A stretch of 64,000 nt of DNA from Camelus dromedarius. Lineage: Eukaryota. This document shows positions 26,241 through 40,784 of the stretch, piece after piece. Numbering within the stretch: the stretch's first letter is position 1; the number at the start of each line of letters is the position of its first letter. The stretch spans positions 27,406,001-27,470,000 of the forward strand of contig NC_087436.1 of the NCBI RefSeq assembly GCF_036321535.1. The letters are read 5' to 3'. The translations under genes were made by a program, and so were the position numbers. The notes beneath the pieces were generated by a model that made no database searches, was not told the DNA's origin, and saw nothing but the letters and a program-made list of their open reading frames with translations.

Positions 26241-27801
26241 TCCAGTGAACTAGCTTTTATTGCGTTAGTATCACATAGGCACTTTTGCTTTGTCATAATA
26301 TTTGAAGGCTGAAATCTCAAGAAGAGATTCCCATTGATGCCAAAATAACTGTGTGATATTGGTGAGTTACTAACCTTTTCCAACTCAATTTTCACATCTG
26401 CAAATACAGTTATTAACTACATAGCTGTCTAGCTCAGTACCTGGCATATAAGCTCTAGATAAATTATTTGTACTTAGCTATTTCTAATAGCCTTTCTTGC
26501 AGTTCTCAAGAAATGGTAGTCATAAAATAAACATGTTATGAACTATAACTTTATTCTCGGCATATGTAAGGCCTGCTGTTCGAAAGCAGAGCCTTTTTAG
26601 GTATCATGTTTATAAATTAATATTAATGTTTAAACTCTGCTCTTTCTAATAGCACTTTTCCAGTTGGCTGAGTAAAATCAAATATCTAATATTTACTCAG
26701 TGTAAATGTATTATTTACTCATAAATGTTAAATATGAACCTGCGTGAGTCTTCCCCTCTGCAGCAGTGCAGTCTCCAAAGTAACTGACCCAACGTCACCT
26801 GTAGACCCATCTCTTCCCTGTGCCATATCTTTACCCCAAGCCCCGGGATCAGCAATGTCCTGGTATTAAATTTATAATGAGCTGTGAGCCATTACCTCTC
26901 TGGTTCTACTAATTAATGATTAATTATCATTACTGGGGTTAAGCCTGACTAAATTCTCTTGTAATATTATGGACTCAATTCCCAAAGATTAAGCCTCTAA
27001 ATTATTCAGACTATCGATCATTAGGTACCAGTATATTTTCTCATCCAAACCTAATTGTATATTTCTCTCAAAAGGATCACAAAATACACACCCCTTAATA
27101 CATACATTTATATATATGCTTACATATGGGTACAGTCCTTGACTGTCTGGCAAACCCTTATTTTTATTTAAAATATTAGCTTAAAAGTTAAATATTTGGA
27201 TTCCCGCTTCCAGATTTCTTGACTTTCCCACCCTCACTACTTTCAACAAATATCACACAAGAAACTAGAGTATTTCCCTCAGTTCTCTAGTAGTTAGTTT
27301 TCTCCACTGCCTTTTTAGAGACTGTATAATTCCATTTCATATGTCTGCTTTCTTTACTATTTGTGATCCTTTTGTTTTTAGGAATCTAGTGTTACCATCT
27401 TAAATGAACATTTCTTGGTCTCAAACTTTTTTTTTTTTTTTTACAAACTTGAAGTTCAAATGATTAAAGAATAGTTCTATTAGCATTTCATCTGTCATTT
27501 TAAATGTTAGATAAAACCTCTAGTTTAATCAATATGTACTACAAAATGGATTTTGTTGAGTAGAAAAATACTTTGTCATTCCTCAATTCCAATAATGGAA
27601 TATTTGAGAAAACAAAATGAGAGTTTAATGTAACTATCCTAAAGGAATCCAATTGCCTTATTCTGACCATTGCTGAGTAATCAAGACATTTGTTGTTAAG
27701 TAGTGAACTGAAGGTGTATTTTTATTTAAAAAATGTAATTTGAAATTTATAATATAAACCAATAGTCCAGATTTAAAATAAAACCATATATGCAAAAGTA
27801 T

Positions 27802-27890
27802 AACTTTCATGGTAGGAAAGTAGCAATTATTCATCATATTATAAAACAACTTTTATGGTAGGAAAGTAGCAGTTCATCATATTATAAAAT
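27802..27890. repeat. Tandem duplication, ~45-bp unit x2
   Basis: 'aacttt(c/t)atggtaggaaagtagca...ttcatcatattataaaa' twice in direct succession. Confidence 0.9.
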
Positions 27891-28059
27891 ATATTAATTC
27901 ATTTCCACTCTCTCTGGCTAAAAAGTGATGTCTTTTACACAATTTTGACAGTCTAAATCATTTACAGATAATGGTGTAGTGAATTAGAATACACAAAATA
28001 AAAGTATTCCAATTCATGAGATTTCAGGATAAACAATCAAAATATGCTCATTATACACG

Positions 28060-28368
28060 CAGATATTCTAACACCCTAACTAAAGTATGACTAATCTATG
28101 CAAAAGCTACATATAAAATCCAACTATTCACCATAGAATGTATAACATCAAGAGTGACTCTTAAGCTAAACTATGGACTCTGGATGGTTATGATGAGTCA
28201 GTAATGTATTAGCTCATTCTTGGTAGAAATTGTACCACCTTGGAAGCAATGTTGATAGTGGGGAGGCTATGCATGGGTGGGAGCAGAGGATAATATATGG
28301 GAAGTCCCTGAACCTCTCAATTTTGTCTTAAACCTAAAACAGTTCTTAAAAAAACGAAGTCTGAAAAA
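28060..28368 (+). mobile_element. Old L1M (L1MB/MC-like) 3'UTR
   Basis: 'tgtataacatcaagagtg...aaactatggactctgga...tgtaccacc...tgttgatagtggggaggctatgcatg...aaacctaaaac' followed by an A-rich end. Confidence 0.8.
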
Positions 28369-29017
28369 ATACATTACCATCTATATATTTCCATATTTAT
28401 TCATGTATATATCTCCATTTTTATGTAAGCTGTAAGTAATCCTCAAAGGGAAATTATAGTAAAGAAAACTTTATAGCAAGGTAATTTAGAACATGATATA
28501 AATATATTTTTCTTTTTACTAAATGCAAATATAATTAGTTTTAAAAGACATAGTGTGTATACTATATAGTACAGTACCATACTGTGATTCCAAATTTAGG
28601 AAAGACCTTATTTTCTTTTCCTTCCATTTATTCATCTATCCATTTACCTATTATTGCCAGCAGCATAAGTAAAGATTTATATATTTTTTTTATGAAATGT
28701 TAAATACCATCATTTTACAGTGGCTGAACTTGAGGAAACTTTTAATATTTTTTGTATTTTTCTTTTCATCTTCATAGTGGGCTTTAGCCATTCAAACATT
28801 ATATTTCTTTAAAGACTAAATAAGAAACAGGAATCTTGTCCCTACAAGATATTTACTCTGTATTAGATAACTGAATTTCTATTGTAGATAAACATACTTA
28901 GTACTCACTTATTTTTCCTTTGTAAAGAATCTAGTGGGTTGACTGTATGAAAGCTAGTAGATACCATTTTCATGTTTTTTTCATTCCAAAAAACTCCAAA
29001 TTATCAGATTAATATGG

Positions 29018-29595
29018 TGTGGTAGGTTGATTACATTACTGATCCTATTCTTGGCCCCAGGACCTATCCATGCCCTTTGTCATATGGTGATACTGTTCTT
29101 TACCAAAAACAAAACAAAACAAAAAAAAAAAATGTGAAGTATATTTTCCTGCTGCTTAATTTTGAATTAATTCTTGAGACTTATTTTAGCTCATAAGATA
29201 TTAATCTATGTGATGTAAATAGATGTTCAAAAACACCTTCCTGATTGGGTTTGTTTACTCTTGTTTTTCTGTAGTTGTGATGAAACCTTGTACCTCCTGA
29301 CCTGCAGGTCAGTGAGAGTATGTGACAGGGTGCTGGGTTCCCCTAGTCATTCCAGGCAGGAGTGTCTTAGTCTGCCATGCTAGAGGTGCTCCCCAAAGTG
29401 AACAAACCTGCTCATAGTCACCAGAGCTGCCTAGATGACCCATACTTGACCACAGATAAATGAGTGGGCCCAGCCTGATCAATTAAGCCCAGATCAATGA
29501 GACTCATGAATTAATAAGTGCTTAGTACCATAGGCCTCTGAGATTTCGTAGTCCTTTATCATGCAGCTTTATTGCTATAGCAGATATCTGATACA
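29018..29595 (+). mobile_element. MaLR MLT1-type solo LTR
   Basis: Starts 'tgtggtaggttgattac' and ends 'atgcagctttattgctatagcagatatctgataca'. Confidence 0.7.
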
Positions 29596-31578
29596 TATAG
29601 CATAAGTTCTGCATTTAGGTTTTAAAATCAAATTACTTATAAACTTTTTCTGAAATCATGCATGTAATAAACTGACATTAACTCACTGCTTTAAAAGGAC
29701 TAATCTTCTTTGTTAGGCAGGCATATTTTTCTTAAATCTGAACTCTATCCAGCTATGTGTCTGCCTAACTCTCTTTATACCTATGTTTTTTCTCTCCCTT
29801 CCACACACAAGAAACTAATGCAAAATTAAATCACAGTTTTCTCTGCATCGTGAATTTTGTTGCACTTTCTCTTTAAGAAATTTATGCAGAGATTTAAACA
29901 TTAGAAAAAGGAACAGAAGTGATATTCTTCAGTTCCTGTAAGAAAGTAAAAGTATATATAAATATACATTTAGTGAATGCTTTATATTCTTTTCATTTTA
30001 TAAGGCTATAAATAAAGAAGAAACAGTGTTTTACCCAGTTCTGAAATGTGCAAGATTTAGTATGGCAGAAGGCATTCTATTGCTTGTGGAGGTTTTCTTA
30101 AGTATTCTGTGTATTAGCTTGATAATTGTGAATACCTACATTAACCCTAAACATTAAGTATATAGTATTCCATCTTAAAATATTTTTACAGTATGTTAAA
30201 TTTTTTTTACAATATGTCCTCTCAGAGAAGTGTGGTTATATAGTTTCAGTTTGCAAAAATTAGGTCATAAAGCTGCTATAATAAATGTATTAAATGCATG
30301 TATGAACATTTATTAAATATATTTTACGAGTAAATATTTTTTCCTAATTTTAAATAACCTACATAGTCTTCTAAAATTGCTTTTATTTTTTATCTTTTTG
30401 CTGTGTCATAAAAAATCCCTTCTTATGCTTTAGTTTCTGTATCTTGAAGGGAAAAAAAATCACTTTTTCAGCAAAATAATAGTGATTGTAGTAACGTTAG
30501 TTTGTACCATTACGGACTATTTTGTTCAAGGTATTACATAACATTTTAATTATATTTCATGTTATTTTGAATCAACTACTAAGACACTCTATAACACTAA
30601 ACAATTTCTATATAACTTTTGAAGTCCATCTAATTTAAATACATATAAATAAATCTATAAATGTATCATTTAAATCAAATTTAAAACAGGTAAGAAGGGC
30701 CAATCTTAACTCAGAGCCCTGACTTCTAAATTTTCAACTATAAGGGTGTGAAGAACTTCTGTAACCCTCATACTTCCTTTTTAATGCATAAAAGTCAACT
30801 GACTGCAAAATTCCTATCAACTTTGTAGCTTAGATTTCCACATAGACATTTATATTTCTTCTGCACAAATAGAGGAATTAGCATATAGAGAATATAAGTA
30901 GATGGTAACAAGAACCACAAAATACATGCAATTGTTGAGGACAATAAATTGACTTTGGCTTCTCTTGTTTGCAATGCTTTCAGGACATCTGAATTTACTC
31001 TGATAAGCCTACTTGCATCTCTTACCCCCACTAAGAGATTTTGCATCGTGAAAGTGCCTCCTCATCTACTGTGGTAAAATTCCCAATATTGTGGAACGTT
31101 CTTTGACAGATAGAATGGTTCTGATTGGTCTCCTGTGCCAATACCTGCACCATTTTATCCCTAATTTTCAGAACTAGAAATACGTATATTGTATCTCTCA
31201 ATCATAATTAAAATAACTTTATAGATTATATTTGATAGATGGAGATTCAGTAGAACTCAGAACTGTAATGTTCAGAGGGGAGCTGCAGACTCATCTTTTG
31301 GAACGACTCGGGAATTGTTCTGCTGTCACTGCTTATCACAAGACTTGATCCGCTTCTTTCTGATGTTCTTTTCATCATGTCTACTATGAAAATAATATAC
31401 ATAAGCAAAAGTTCAGAGGTTTCAAAACAAAATTTACAGTAATTTAGATACCCTTTGAAGATACTTGCAGATATTTCCAGAACATCCTATTTCCCCTCTG
31501 TTCTCACAGGTCGTAAGATATATGTAAGAAAACAGTTGGGGTGATTTCCATTTCCTTAATATAAACAACATCGGATAT

Positions 31579-31957
31579 TGTGACAGGCTGAATGATGTCC
31601 CTCAAAATTTATGGTAAAGCCCTAACCTCCACTACCTAGGAAAGTGATTTTATTTAGAGAGAGGGATTCAAAGAGGTGGTTGGGTTAATTGAGGTCAGTA
31701 GGGCGGTGTCTTTATAAGAAGAAGATAGAGCACACAGGGAGATTCTAGGGATACCCTCGCCCAGAAGGAGGCTGTGTGAGGACACGGAGAAGGCAGCCAT
31801 CTGCAAGTCAAGAAGAGAGGGTTCAGGAGAAGCCAGAACTGCTGACACTTTGATTTAGGCTTTCTAGGCTCGAGAACTGTAAGGAAATCATTTCCTGTTG
31901 TTGAAGCCACCCAGTCTGTTGTACTTTGTTATGGCAGCCCTAGCACACTCAGATACA
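31579..31957 (+). mobile_element. MaLR MLT1A/B-like solo LTR
   Basis: 'tgtgacaggctgaatgatgtccctcaaaattt...gccatctgcaag...aagccacccagtctg...ttgttatggcagccctagca...ataca'. Confidence 0.88.
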
Positions 31958-34900
31958 TTTTTCTTTCAATTACAGTAACCATGACTGCAAACTCGCGGTA
32001 ACTTTGTAGCTGTTAAATCCAAGATTCTCCACCCCTACGAGGCTCTTAGTAGAATTTTAACATGTAGGATTATAGTGAATTCTTACGCTTTGTATGATAA
32101 TCAGTTCCTCCATATAGTGGGGGTTATTAGTCAGATCAAGTTCTAAAGATAAATGTTTCTTTAGCAATGGCAAATATCTTATCCCTTTTTTTATTAAGAT
32201 TTTTTTCTGTATCTCACAAGAACATCGCCATTGTTGTTCCAGATACTGTATTCAGGATATTATATTTTTAAGCAAAATGATAAGGAATATTGCGAAACAC
32301 AATACAATATGAAGAGTACTTGAACTGTATTATTTTCAGAGATATGATAAAAAAAAATGGCAAATGTTTAGTTATAGGTGGCCGATATTTAAAATTTTAA
32401 TTCAGGTCCTAAGTACTTCATATTATTGCCAGTAAAAATTCACAGCCTAAATTTTTGCTTCAGGTTAAGTAAAACTATCTGTCAAATCATTCCTTTTAAA
32501 AAACACTGTCCCATATTAGTATTAAAATTTAAGAATAAAATTTGTGGAGATGGAAATAATGTTCTTCAACAACTTGCATGACTCCTACAGATTTTTGAAA
32601 TAACTCAAAAAGGGTAAAGAAAGTGGAGCATTTTTATTCATTGCTTCTGCTTAATCAGGAAAATTCAATACATTTTATTTCACATTTCTGTCTATTCCTA
32701 ACAGCATAGGAATTGTGGCTGCAAATTTTCTTACTTGATTGACAGTTTTAGTAGTTTTCATCTATATAGTAAGTTGCTTGTCCTTTGTTGAAATTGATTC
32801 TGTGCAGAAAAAGAACTTTATTCATCTGGATTTGCAATGGTGGTAAATGAGAAAAATTATCCTGTAGATTAATGCACTTTTAAATATTCTAACTTGAATC
32901 ATAAAACACCACACTAGAAGGGAATTTAGAATTTGGCTGTTAAATTATTTTTCCTCTGAATAAGATGCTCTATATATTAGAAGCAAATGGATTTCTAACC
33001 TGTATTTATTTTTAATTTCTCCTTATAAATTAGACCTAAATGGTCTACCATTCTGGATACTCTTAATCCTACCAGTCAAGGGTCATTCTTATGTTTAACC
33101 TTTCCAATTGGACAAAAATTTCCTTTTGTTTGTTTATGTTTAATTGACCAATGATGGCTTTAATTTCAAATGATAATTTGGCCAGATCATTTTTTCCTCA
33201 CATATCTTTCCTCGGTTTTCTGCAAGAAGTCTCCTTATTGATCAAGTTTACTCTAACAATTTCCAGATAATTACAGAGCTCTGAAGAATAGGTTACCACC
33301 AAATTTAAGGCCATTGCTTGGCATCCAAATTGTGAAATATGTTGTCTCATTTGATCACGTCACAACAAGGAGACATTTATTACTATTTTCTCTTGACAAC
33401 CTAACCTAGATAATGATTTCCATCTGAATGCTAGATTAGGCAGAGGTTTTTAAACAATTAGGACGCATTCTATTTTAGTCAATTAGGATTAGTCAGAAGA
33501 ACACAGCTCCCGTCTGTGGGCAAAGTTAAAATCATTTATGGTGTTCCATTGTTGAGTAGTATTGCTCACACAAGGAAAGTATTGGATTATGTTTAAAAGA
33601 ATTTTATAGAGGAATTTCTGCAGAGAATATGTGCAGTAATGCAGTAATGTTTAGTAAATACAAAATGGGTTAATAAGTTCATACTTCTTTCTACAAAATT
33701 GACGAAAAGAAAATATTTTAAATCAATTTTAAATCAGTAATATTTTTAAGTTAAAAAATAAGTAAAATGTAGAATAAAATGATACTTAAAAAATTAGAAC
33801 AATGGCATTAATTACATGCTGTGTCAGTAATGATGTTACTATGTTTATAATGTTCTTATGAAAATCAGTGTTAACCCAGAAAATCAGTATTTTACTTCAC
33901 CCCCAAAATACTTTTTCTTTGAATGTATCATTTTAAAAGTCCCATTTTATAAGCACAACTGAGCAGAATCAAACTTAGTATTAGTGCTTTTAGTAATTCA
34001 GAACATGTAGATCCAAATATAATTTAGCATCTGAGTGAACTTTCTCTTAAATAATTTCTGACACATGGCCATCTCTCCCTTATGGTATTTGATTACTTGG
34101 AGATACTCTCAAAAAATCTTATACAGAACAACCTAAGGAAATTAGAAAAAATATATGACTCTGCCACAGTGCAAAAGATTAAAATGAGACAAAATTAAGT
34201 CGTGGTACTGAGATTGTTTAAAAGGCAACATTTTTTTAGTTACAACCCTGAATAAGTGAATTCACCAGATCTACTGTGTGAGTTTGCAGTGAAAATGGAT
34301 GATCCTATAAAACAGTCCAGTCAGGTTGGGTTGTTGGTACATTTTTCATCTCTTTTAGGCTCCCTCAGTTGCTAATCCGATTATGTAGTCTCTGAAATTG
34401 ACAGTTACGAATGTCTCATGGGCTCCTTCTTGCTAAGTGGCATTGATGGATAAGTAAATAGTAATACTTTCATTCAACTACTTCATTGAAGTGCCCTACG
34501 TATGCTTAAGTATCCTTAGCCACTGGCTTAGTTTCTTTAATATATTCCGGACTCATAGAAGCTAAAAATATTTCAGTCAACCACTTTCACTGAGAAATTC
34601 TACCCCATCATACTGTTCTATTGGAATTAGAAGATTCTGACCAAACTAGTTTACTCTTTATTTCCACTTAGACAAAAATCTCCACATATTGTGGAATTTC
34701 ATCTTGAGTTTTAGAAATATCATTTATGCTTATCTCATGAGTAGGATCTTCAAATTGACATGAACTGTAACCTATGGCAATTCCTGTGATCATTTCAACA
34801 TTTCACATATATTTTGTTTTTTATTTGTAAAATATTTCTATCTTGGTATTATAAATTAAGATGTGAGAGCAGTTAGCTTGATTGCTCAGTAAATAATTGT

Positions 34901-36564
34901 TTAGCTATAGTCTGTTGACAGTTTCTAGCTATTAAGTATACACACTATTCTTAGACACTAATTTAATAAAATAGTCTAGCTAATCATTTGAATACCAAGG
35001 AGTAGGCTGCTAAGCTACCAGTTCATCCTATTTAATATTATCCCTTGTATGCCACATTCACGTTTCAAAGGTGAGTAAATTGTGAAATATTCAGAGTATC
35101 TAATACTGACTTCACTGCTGTCATGGCTGCATTGACCTTTTGGGGATAGGCTCCGCTCTTTCAGGAGTCAGGTCAATTTTGACCAGAGGTGGTACTGAGT
35201 CCTAGCGCAAAGCGCACAACAGCATCTACAACAAACACAATCTTACAGTGAGGAGAGAATGTCACTAACCTTTTTACTCTTTGCATAATTACGTCATCCA
35301 TATGAAGTTCCTTCATTTCCCAAGGCCACTCTGATGTCTACCTGTCCCTCTCATTCAGGTTCTTAGTTTGCATTTGAATCCTTTAGCATCATCCAGCTTT
35401 GCTTTTTTGACTTCCGCCTGCTGCATGTTAGGAATCCCTCTGAAACTGGTTCTTTAATTAACTGCACTATCAATGAGGAAAGGACATTTTCTCACCAGCC
35501 CCACTTTAAAAATCTTAGGGAGGAACCTGGATTCATAAAGCTAGGATTATCTTTACATCCCTGGCCTAAAAGTATTACAGAGACTCTGATGAGTAAAGCA
35601 GGGACAGACACCCTCACCCCGCCATGCTCAGGGTGTTGTAATACGCAGCTCCACCTGACACTTCTGGAGGAGGTGGGGAGGACAAGTTGTTCAAGGAAAG
35701 GGAGCTTTATTTAAGAAGGTTAACTTACATGGAGTTGGACAGAACAAGACAGAGTTATTTGCTACAGTATTCATCTATAATTTTTATGTTCAAAAGTTAT
35801 TAAATAGAAATGATTAAAGATGATATCATTTTAAAGATGAGTATCATTCTTAAACACACGCAATTTCATATAATTTCTAAAATATTTCCAGTTAATTAAG
35901 GGATTAATTACTATGCATTTGGTGATATTATTAGATGGTACTTAAATACATATGTCCTTTAAAATTATATATAGTTTACTTTTTCATAAGCTAAAATTAT
36001 ATATAGTTTAGTTTTATGTGAGTGTTAAGTCTAAGGTCTGTGCTAGTCACTTGATATGCATTACACCATGTAATTGTAACAGCAAATTATGTATGCCTTA
36101 AATAGATACACCAAATTTTAAAATGTATCCAGTGAAATATAAACACCATAGCAGTTCAGTGCCAATCACACTCATTTAAAAAATCAGCAAAAAGTTTATC
36201 ATCAACAGTTGACAATCATATGCTTTAAATTTTCCGTTAAATCACATTTCCATTTTCCCACCAAAATTTTATTCCAGTATGTTTGATTGAAAGTCACATC
36301 AACCACTATATCATATTTCTCTGAAACATAGAAACATACCTGAATTACAATTCATGTCTAATTTTTGGTAAAATACATTTTTTCCTTCTGGATTTAACTT
36401 TAGAATAACTATGAGTATGTAATTATTCAAACATGTATACATATATTACAAATTTGTATAAGTGATTATTATAAGAATTACAAATTTTATTCTAAATGCA
36501 TCTCAATGAGAACAAATGGGGACAGATATGGTACCTTAAAGGAGGCATCTAATTTTCTACTGTC

Positions 36565-39500
36565 TTTTTTTATTGAAGTATAGTTGATTTAATGATGTTG
36601 TGTTAGTTTCTAGTATACAGCATATTGATTCAATTATACACATATATGTATGCTTCTTCATATTTTTCCTCATTATAGGCTATTACAAGATATTGAATAT
36701 AGTTCCCTGTGCTATACAGTAGATCCTTGTTGTTCATCTATTTCACATTTAGTAGTTAGAATCTGCAAGTCCCAAACTCCTAATTTATCCTTCCCATCCC
36801 CTTTCCCCCCAGTTTCTTTTCTGTCTATGAGTCTGTTTCTGTTTCTGTAAGTTTTTTGTGCAATTCCATGTATAAATGATATATTTGTTTTTCTCTGTCT
36901 GACATACTTCACTTAGTATGATCATCTCTAGGTCCATGCATGTTGCTGCAAATTGCATTATTTTATTTTTTATGGCTGAGTAGTATTCTATTATATATGT
37001 ATCATAACTTCTTTATCCAGTCATCTGTCAATGGACATTTAGGTTGTTTTCATGTCTTAGCTATTGTAAATACCAGTTTATTAATTTTGGGGTCTTTTTG
37101 AGTTAGTTTACTCTGGATATATGCCCAGGTGTGGGATTACGGAATCATATGGTAACTCTGTTGTTAGTTTTTAAAGGAGTCTTTGTACTGTTTTCCATGG
37201 TGAGTAGCTGCACCAAATTACATTCCCACCAACAGTGTAGGAGGGTTACCTTTTTTCTACATCCTCTTTGGCATTTATCCTTTGTAGATGTTTTAATGAT
37301 AGCCATTTTGACCAGTGTGAGGTGATAAATCATTGTATTTATTTTTTCCTGTTGAAACTTTTTTTTTTTTTTTTGTCAATTGAGGTATAGTCAGTTTACA
37401 ATGCTGTGTCAATTTCTGGTGTACAGCACAATGCTTTAATCATACATGGATATACATATATTCATTTTTGCCATAAGCTACTACAAGATATTGAATACAT
37501 TTCCCTGTGCTATATAATATAAACTTGTCTATTTTATATATACCAGTCAGTATCTGCAAATCTCGAACTCTTAGTTTATCCCTTCCCACTCCCTTCCCCC
37601 TTGGCAACCACAAGTCTATATTCTGTCTGTGAGTCTGTTTCTGTTTTATATTTAAGTTCGTCTTTTTTTTTTTTTTTTTTTTTTTTTTTAGATTCCACAT
37701 ATGAGTGGTATCATATGGTGTTTTTCTTTCTCTTTCTGGCTTACTTCACTTAGAATGACATTCTCCAGGGCCATCCATGTTGCTGCAAATGGCACTATTT
37801 TATCATGTGTTTTTTTTCATGGTTGAGTAGTATTCTGTTGTATAAATATACCACAACTTCTTTATCCAGTCATCTGTTAATGGACATTTAGGTTGTTTCC
37901 ATGTCTTGGCTATTGTAAATAATGCTGCTGTGGATATTGGGGTGCGGGGGTCTTTTGATTTGTGTTTCTCCAATAATTAGCAATTTTGAGCATCTTTTCA
38001 TGTGCTTATTGGCCATCTGTATGTCTTCATTGGAGAAATGTCTGTTTAGGTCTTCTGCCCATTTTTTGATTGGGGTGCTTGTTTTTTGTTGTTGAGCTAT
38101 ATGAGCTGTTTGTATATTCTAGAAATTACACTCTTGTCAGTCACATTGTTTGCAAATATTTTCTCCCATTCTGTAGGTTGTTTTTTTATTTTGTTTATGG
38201 TATCCTTTACCATGCAAAAGTTTATAAGTTAAATTACGTCCTATTTATTTATTTTTGCTTTTTTTAAATTTTGCTTTTATTGCCTTGGTAGACTGCCCTA
38301 GGAGAACACTGTATGATTTATGTCAGAGAATGTTTTGCCTGTGTTCTCTTTTATGAGATTTATGGTATCCTGTCTTATTTTTAAATCTTTAAGCAATTTT
38401 AATTTTATTTTTGTATATGGTGTGACAGTGTTCTAACTTCATTGATTAACATGCAACTGTCTAGCTTACCCAACACCACTTGCCTAAGGACTGTATTTTC
38501 TCCATTGTACATTCTTGACTTGTTTGTGGAAGATGAATTGACTGTAGGTGTGTGGGTTTATTTCTGGGCTCTCTGTTCTGTTCCATTGATCCATATGTCC
38601 GTTTTTATGACAATACCCTGCTGTTTTGATTACTGTAGCTCTGTAGTATTGTCTGAAGTCTGGGAGGGTTATTCCTCCAGCTTCATTCTTTTTCTTCAGT
38701 ATTGCTTGGCATATCTGGGTCTTTTGTGAGTCCATATAAATTTTAGGATTGTTTGTTCTAGTTCTGTGAAAAATGTGATGAGAGAGAGGGCATCCCTGTT
38801 TCTGTCCCAGATTTTACTGGGAAAGCTTTGAACTTCTCACCACTGAGTTTTATGTTGGCTGTGGGTTTGCCATAGATAGGTTTTATGCTCCCTCTGTGCA
38901 TACTTTGGTAAGACTCTTTATCATGAATGGATGTTGGATTTTATCAAATACTTTTCCCATATCTATTGAGAGGATCATGTGGTGTCTGTCCCCCACCTTT
39001 TTTTTTTTATTGATGTGGTGTATCATATTGATTTATTTGTATATGTTGAACCATCCTTGTGACCCTGGGATGAATTCAACTTGATCATGGTGTAGGAGCT
39101 TTTTTATGTGTTGTTGGATTTGTTTTGCTAATATTTTGTTCAGAATTTTTGCATCTATGTTCATCAATGATATCAGCATGTAATTTAATTTTTGTTAGTG
39201 TCTTTGTCTGATTTTGGTATCAGGGTGATAGTAACTTCACTGAAGACTTTGAGGGTATTCCCTCCTCTTCAGACATTTGGAGGAGTTTGAGACGGATCAG
39301 TTTAAGCTGTTCTTTGCATGCTTGGTAGAGTTCTCTAGTAAAGCCATTTGGTCCTAAACTTTTGTTTGCAGAGAGGTTTTTTATTTTTATTTTTTATTAC
39401 AGATTCTGTTTCACTTCTAGTGATGATCTGTTAAATTATCTGCTTTTTTCTTGATTCAGTTTTGGTGGACTGTATGTTTCTAGAAACTTGTCCATTTCTT

Positions 39501-40784
39501 CTAGGTTGTCCAAATAGTTGCCATATCATTATTCATAGTATTCTTACGATTTTATTTTCTGTGGAATTTGTTGTAATTTCTCCTCTTTGTTTTTTTTTTT
39601 TTTAACTTTGTTTATTATTGTTCATAGTATTCTTATGTTTTTTTTGTGTGTATTTCTCTGGAATTGATTGTAATGTTTCCTCTTTCATTTCTTATTTTGT
39701 TTATTTGGGTCCTCTCTTTTCTTCTTGGTGAGACTATCCAGAGATGTGTTCGTGTTATTTACTCTTTAAAAAAACCAGCTCTTGATTTTATTGATTTTTA
39801 AACCTCTATTGTATTTCCTCCCTAAACTTTATTATTGCTTTCCTTCTGTTTATTTAGCTATCATTCGTTCTTTTTAATTCTTTTAGGGGGTCAGTTATGT
39901 TGGTTATTTGAGATTGTTCTTGTTTTCTGAGGAAGACCTGTATCATTACGAATTTCCCTGTTAGGATTGCTTTTGCTAAACCCCTTAGATTTTGTGTGGG
40001 TATATTTCCATTGTCATTTGTCTCAAGGTCTTTTTCAGCTGCTTCTTTGATTTTATCATTGACACATTGATTTTTTTTTTTTAAGTAGCAGATTGTTTAG
40101 ACTCCATGCAATCATTCTTTTCTCCTTTCTCTTTCTGTGGTTGATTTCTGGTTTCATGACTTTGTGGTCAGAAAAGGTCCTTGAAATATTTCTATCCTTT
40201 TATATTTGTTAAGGATTGTTTTGTGTTGGAGTATGTAGTCTATCCTTGAGAATATTCCATGTGTGCTTGAAAAGAATGTATATTCTGTGTTTTTTTTTTT
40301 TTTTTTCTTTCTAATGTACTGTCCTGAAAATGTCAATTAAGTCTAACTATTCTATTGGGTCATTTAGGATCTCTGATGTCTTATTGATTTGCTGTCTGGA
40401 AGACCTATTGATTTCAGTGGGTGTTAAAATCTCCTACTGTGTCTGTATTCCCATCAGTTTCTCCTGTAGGTCTGTTAGTATTTGTTTTATGTATCTTAGT
40501 GCTCCTACATTGGGTGCATATATGTTAATGAGTGAAATAACTTATTCTTGTATTGATCCTTTTATCATTACGTGGCATCTTTATCTTTCTGGCCTTTTTA
40601 AAAAATCTGTTTTGTTTGAGATGAGTATTGCTACCCCTGCTTTCTTGTCATTGCCATTTGCATGAAATATCTTTTTCCATCCCCTCCCATTGAACCTATG
40701 TGTGTCCTTTGCCCTAAAGTGGGTTTCTTGTAGGTAGCATATTGTAGGCTCTTGTTTTATTATCTAATCTGTCATTCTGTACCT
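36565..40784 (-). mobile_element. LINE-1 'A': 3'UTR and most of ORF2, interrupted at ~37340-37952, with an internal deletion near 38778
   Basis: L1 tail at 36565. ORF2 fragments GGITLPDFRQYYRATVIKTA (38484-38735) and EYTFFSSTHGIFSRIDYIL (endonuclease domain, 40154-40336). Confidence 0.92.
37340..37952 (-). mobile_element. LINE-1 'B': younger 5'-truncated copy nested in A
   Basis: New poly-T and L1 tail at ~37358-37400. A resumes in register at 'ttttgatttg...taattag' ~37953. Confidence 0.88.

Noticed and set aside
16488..27890. Short direct repeats (16.5, 19.93 and 27.8 kb) as CRISPR-like arrays
   Set aside because: Only two units each, no spacer series, no cas genes and a mammalian context. 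They are ordinary slippage duplications.
35270..35445. Minus-strand coding exon bounded by tttcag and gttagt
   Set aside because: Stop codons interrupt the frames I checked and there is no recognisable peptide.
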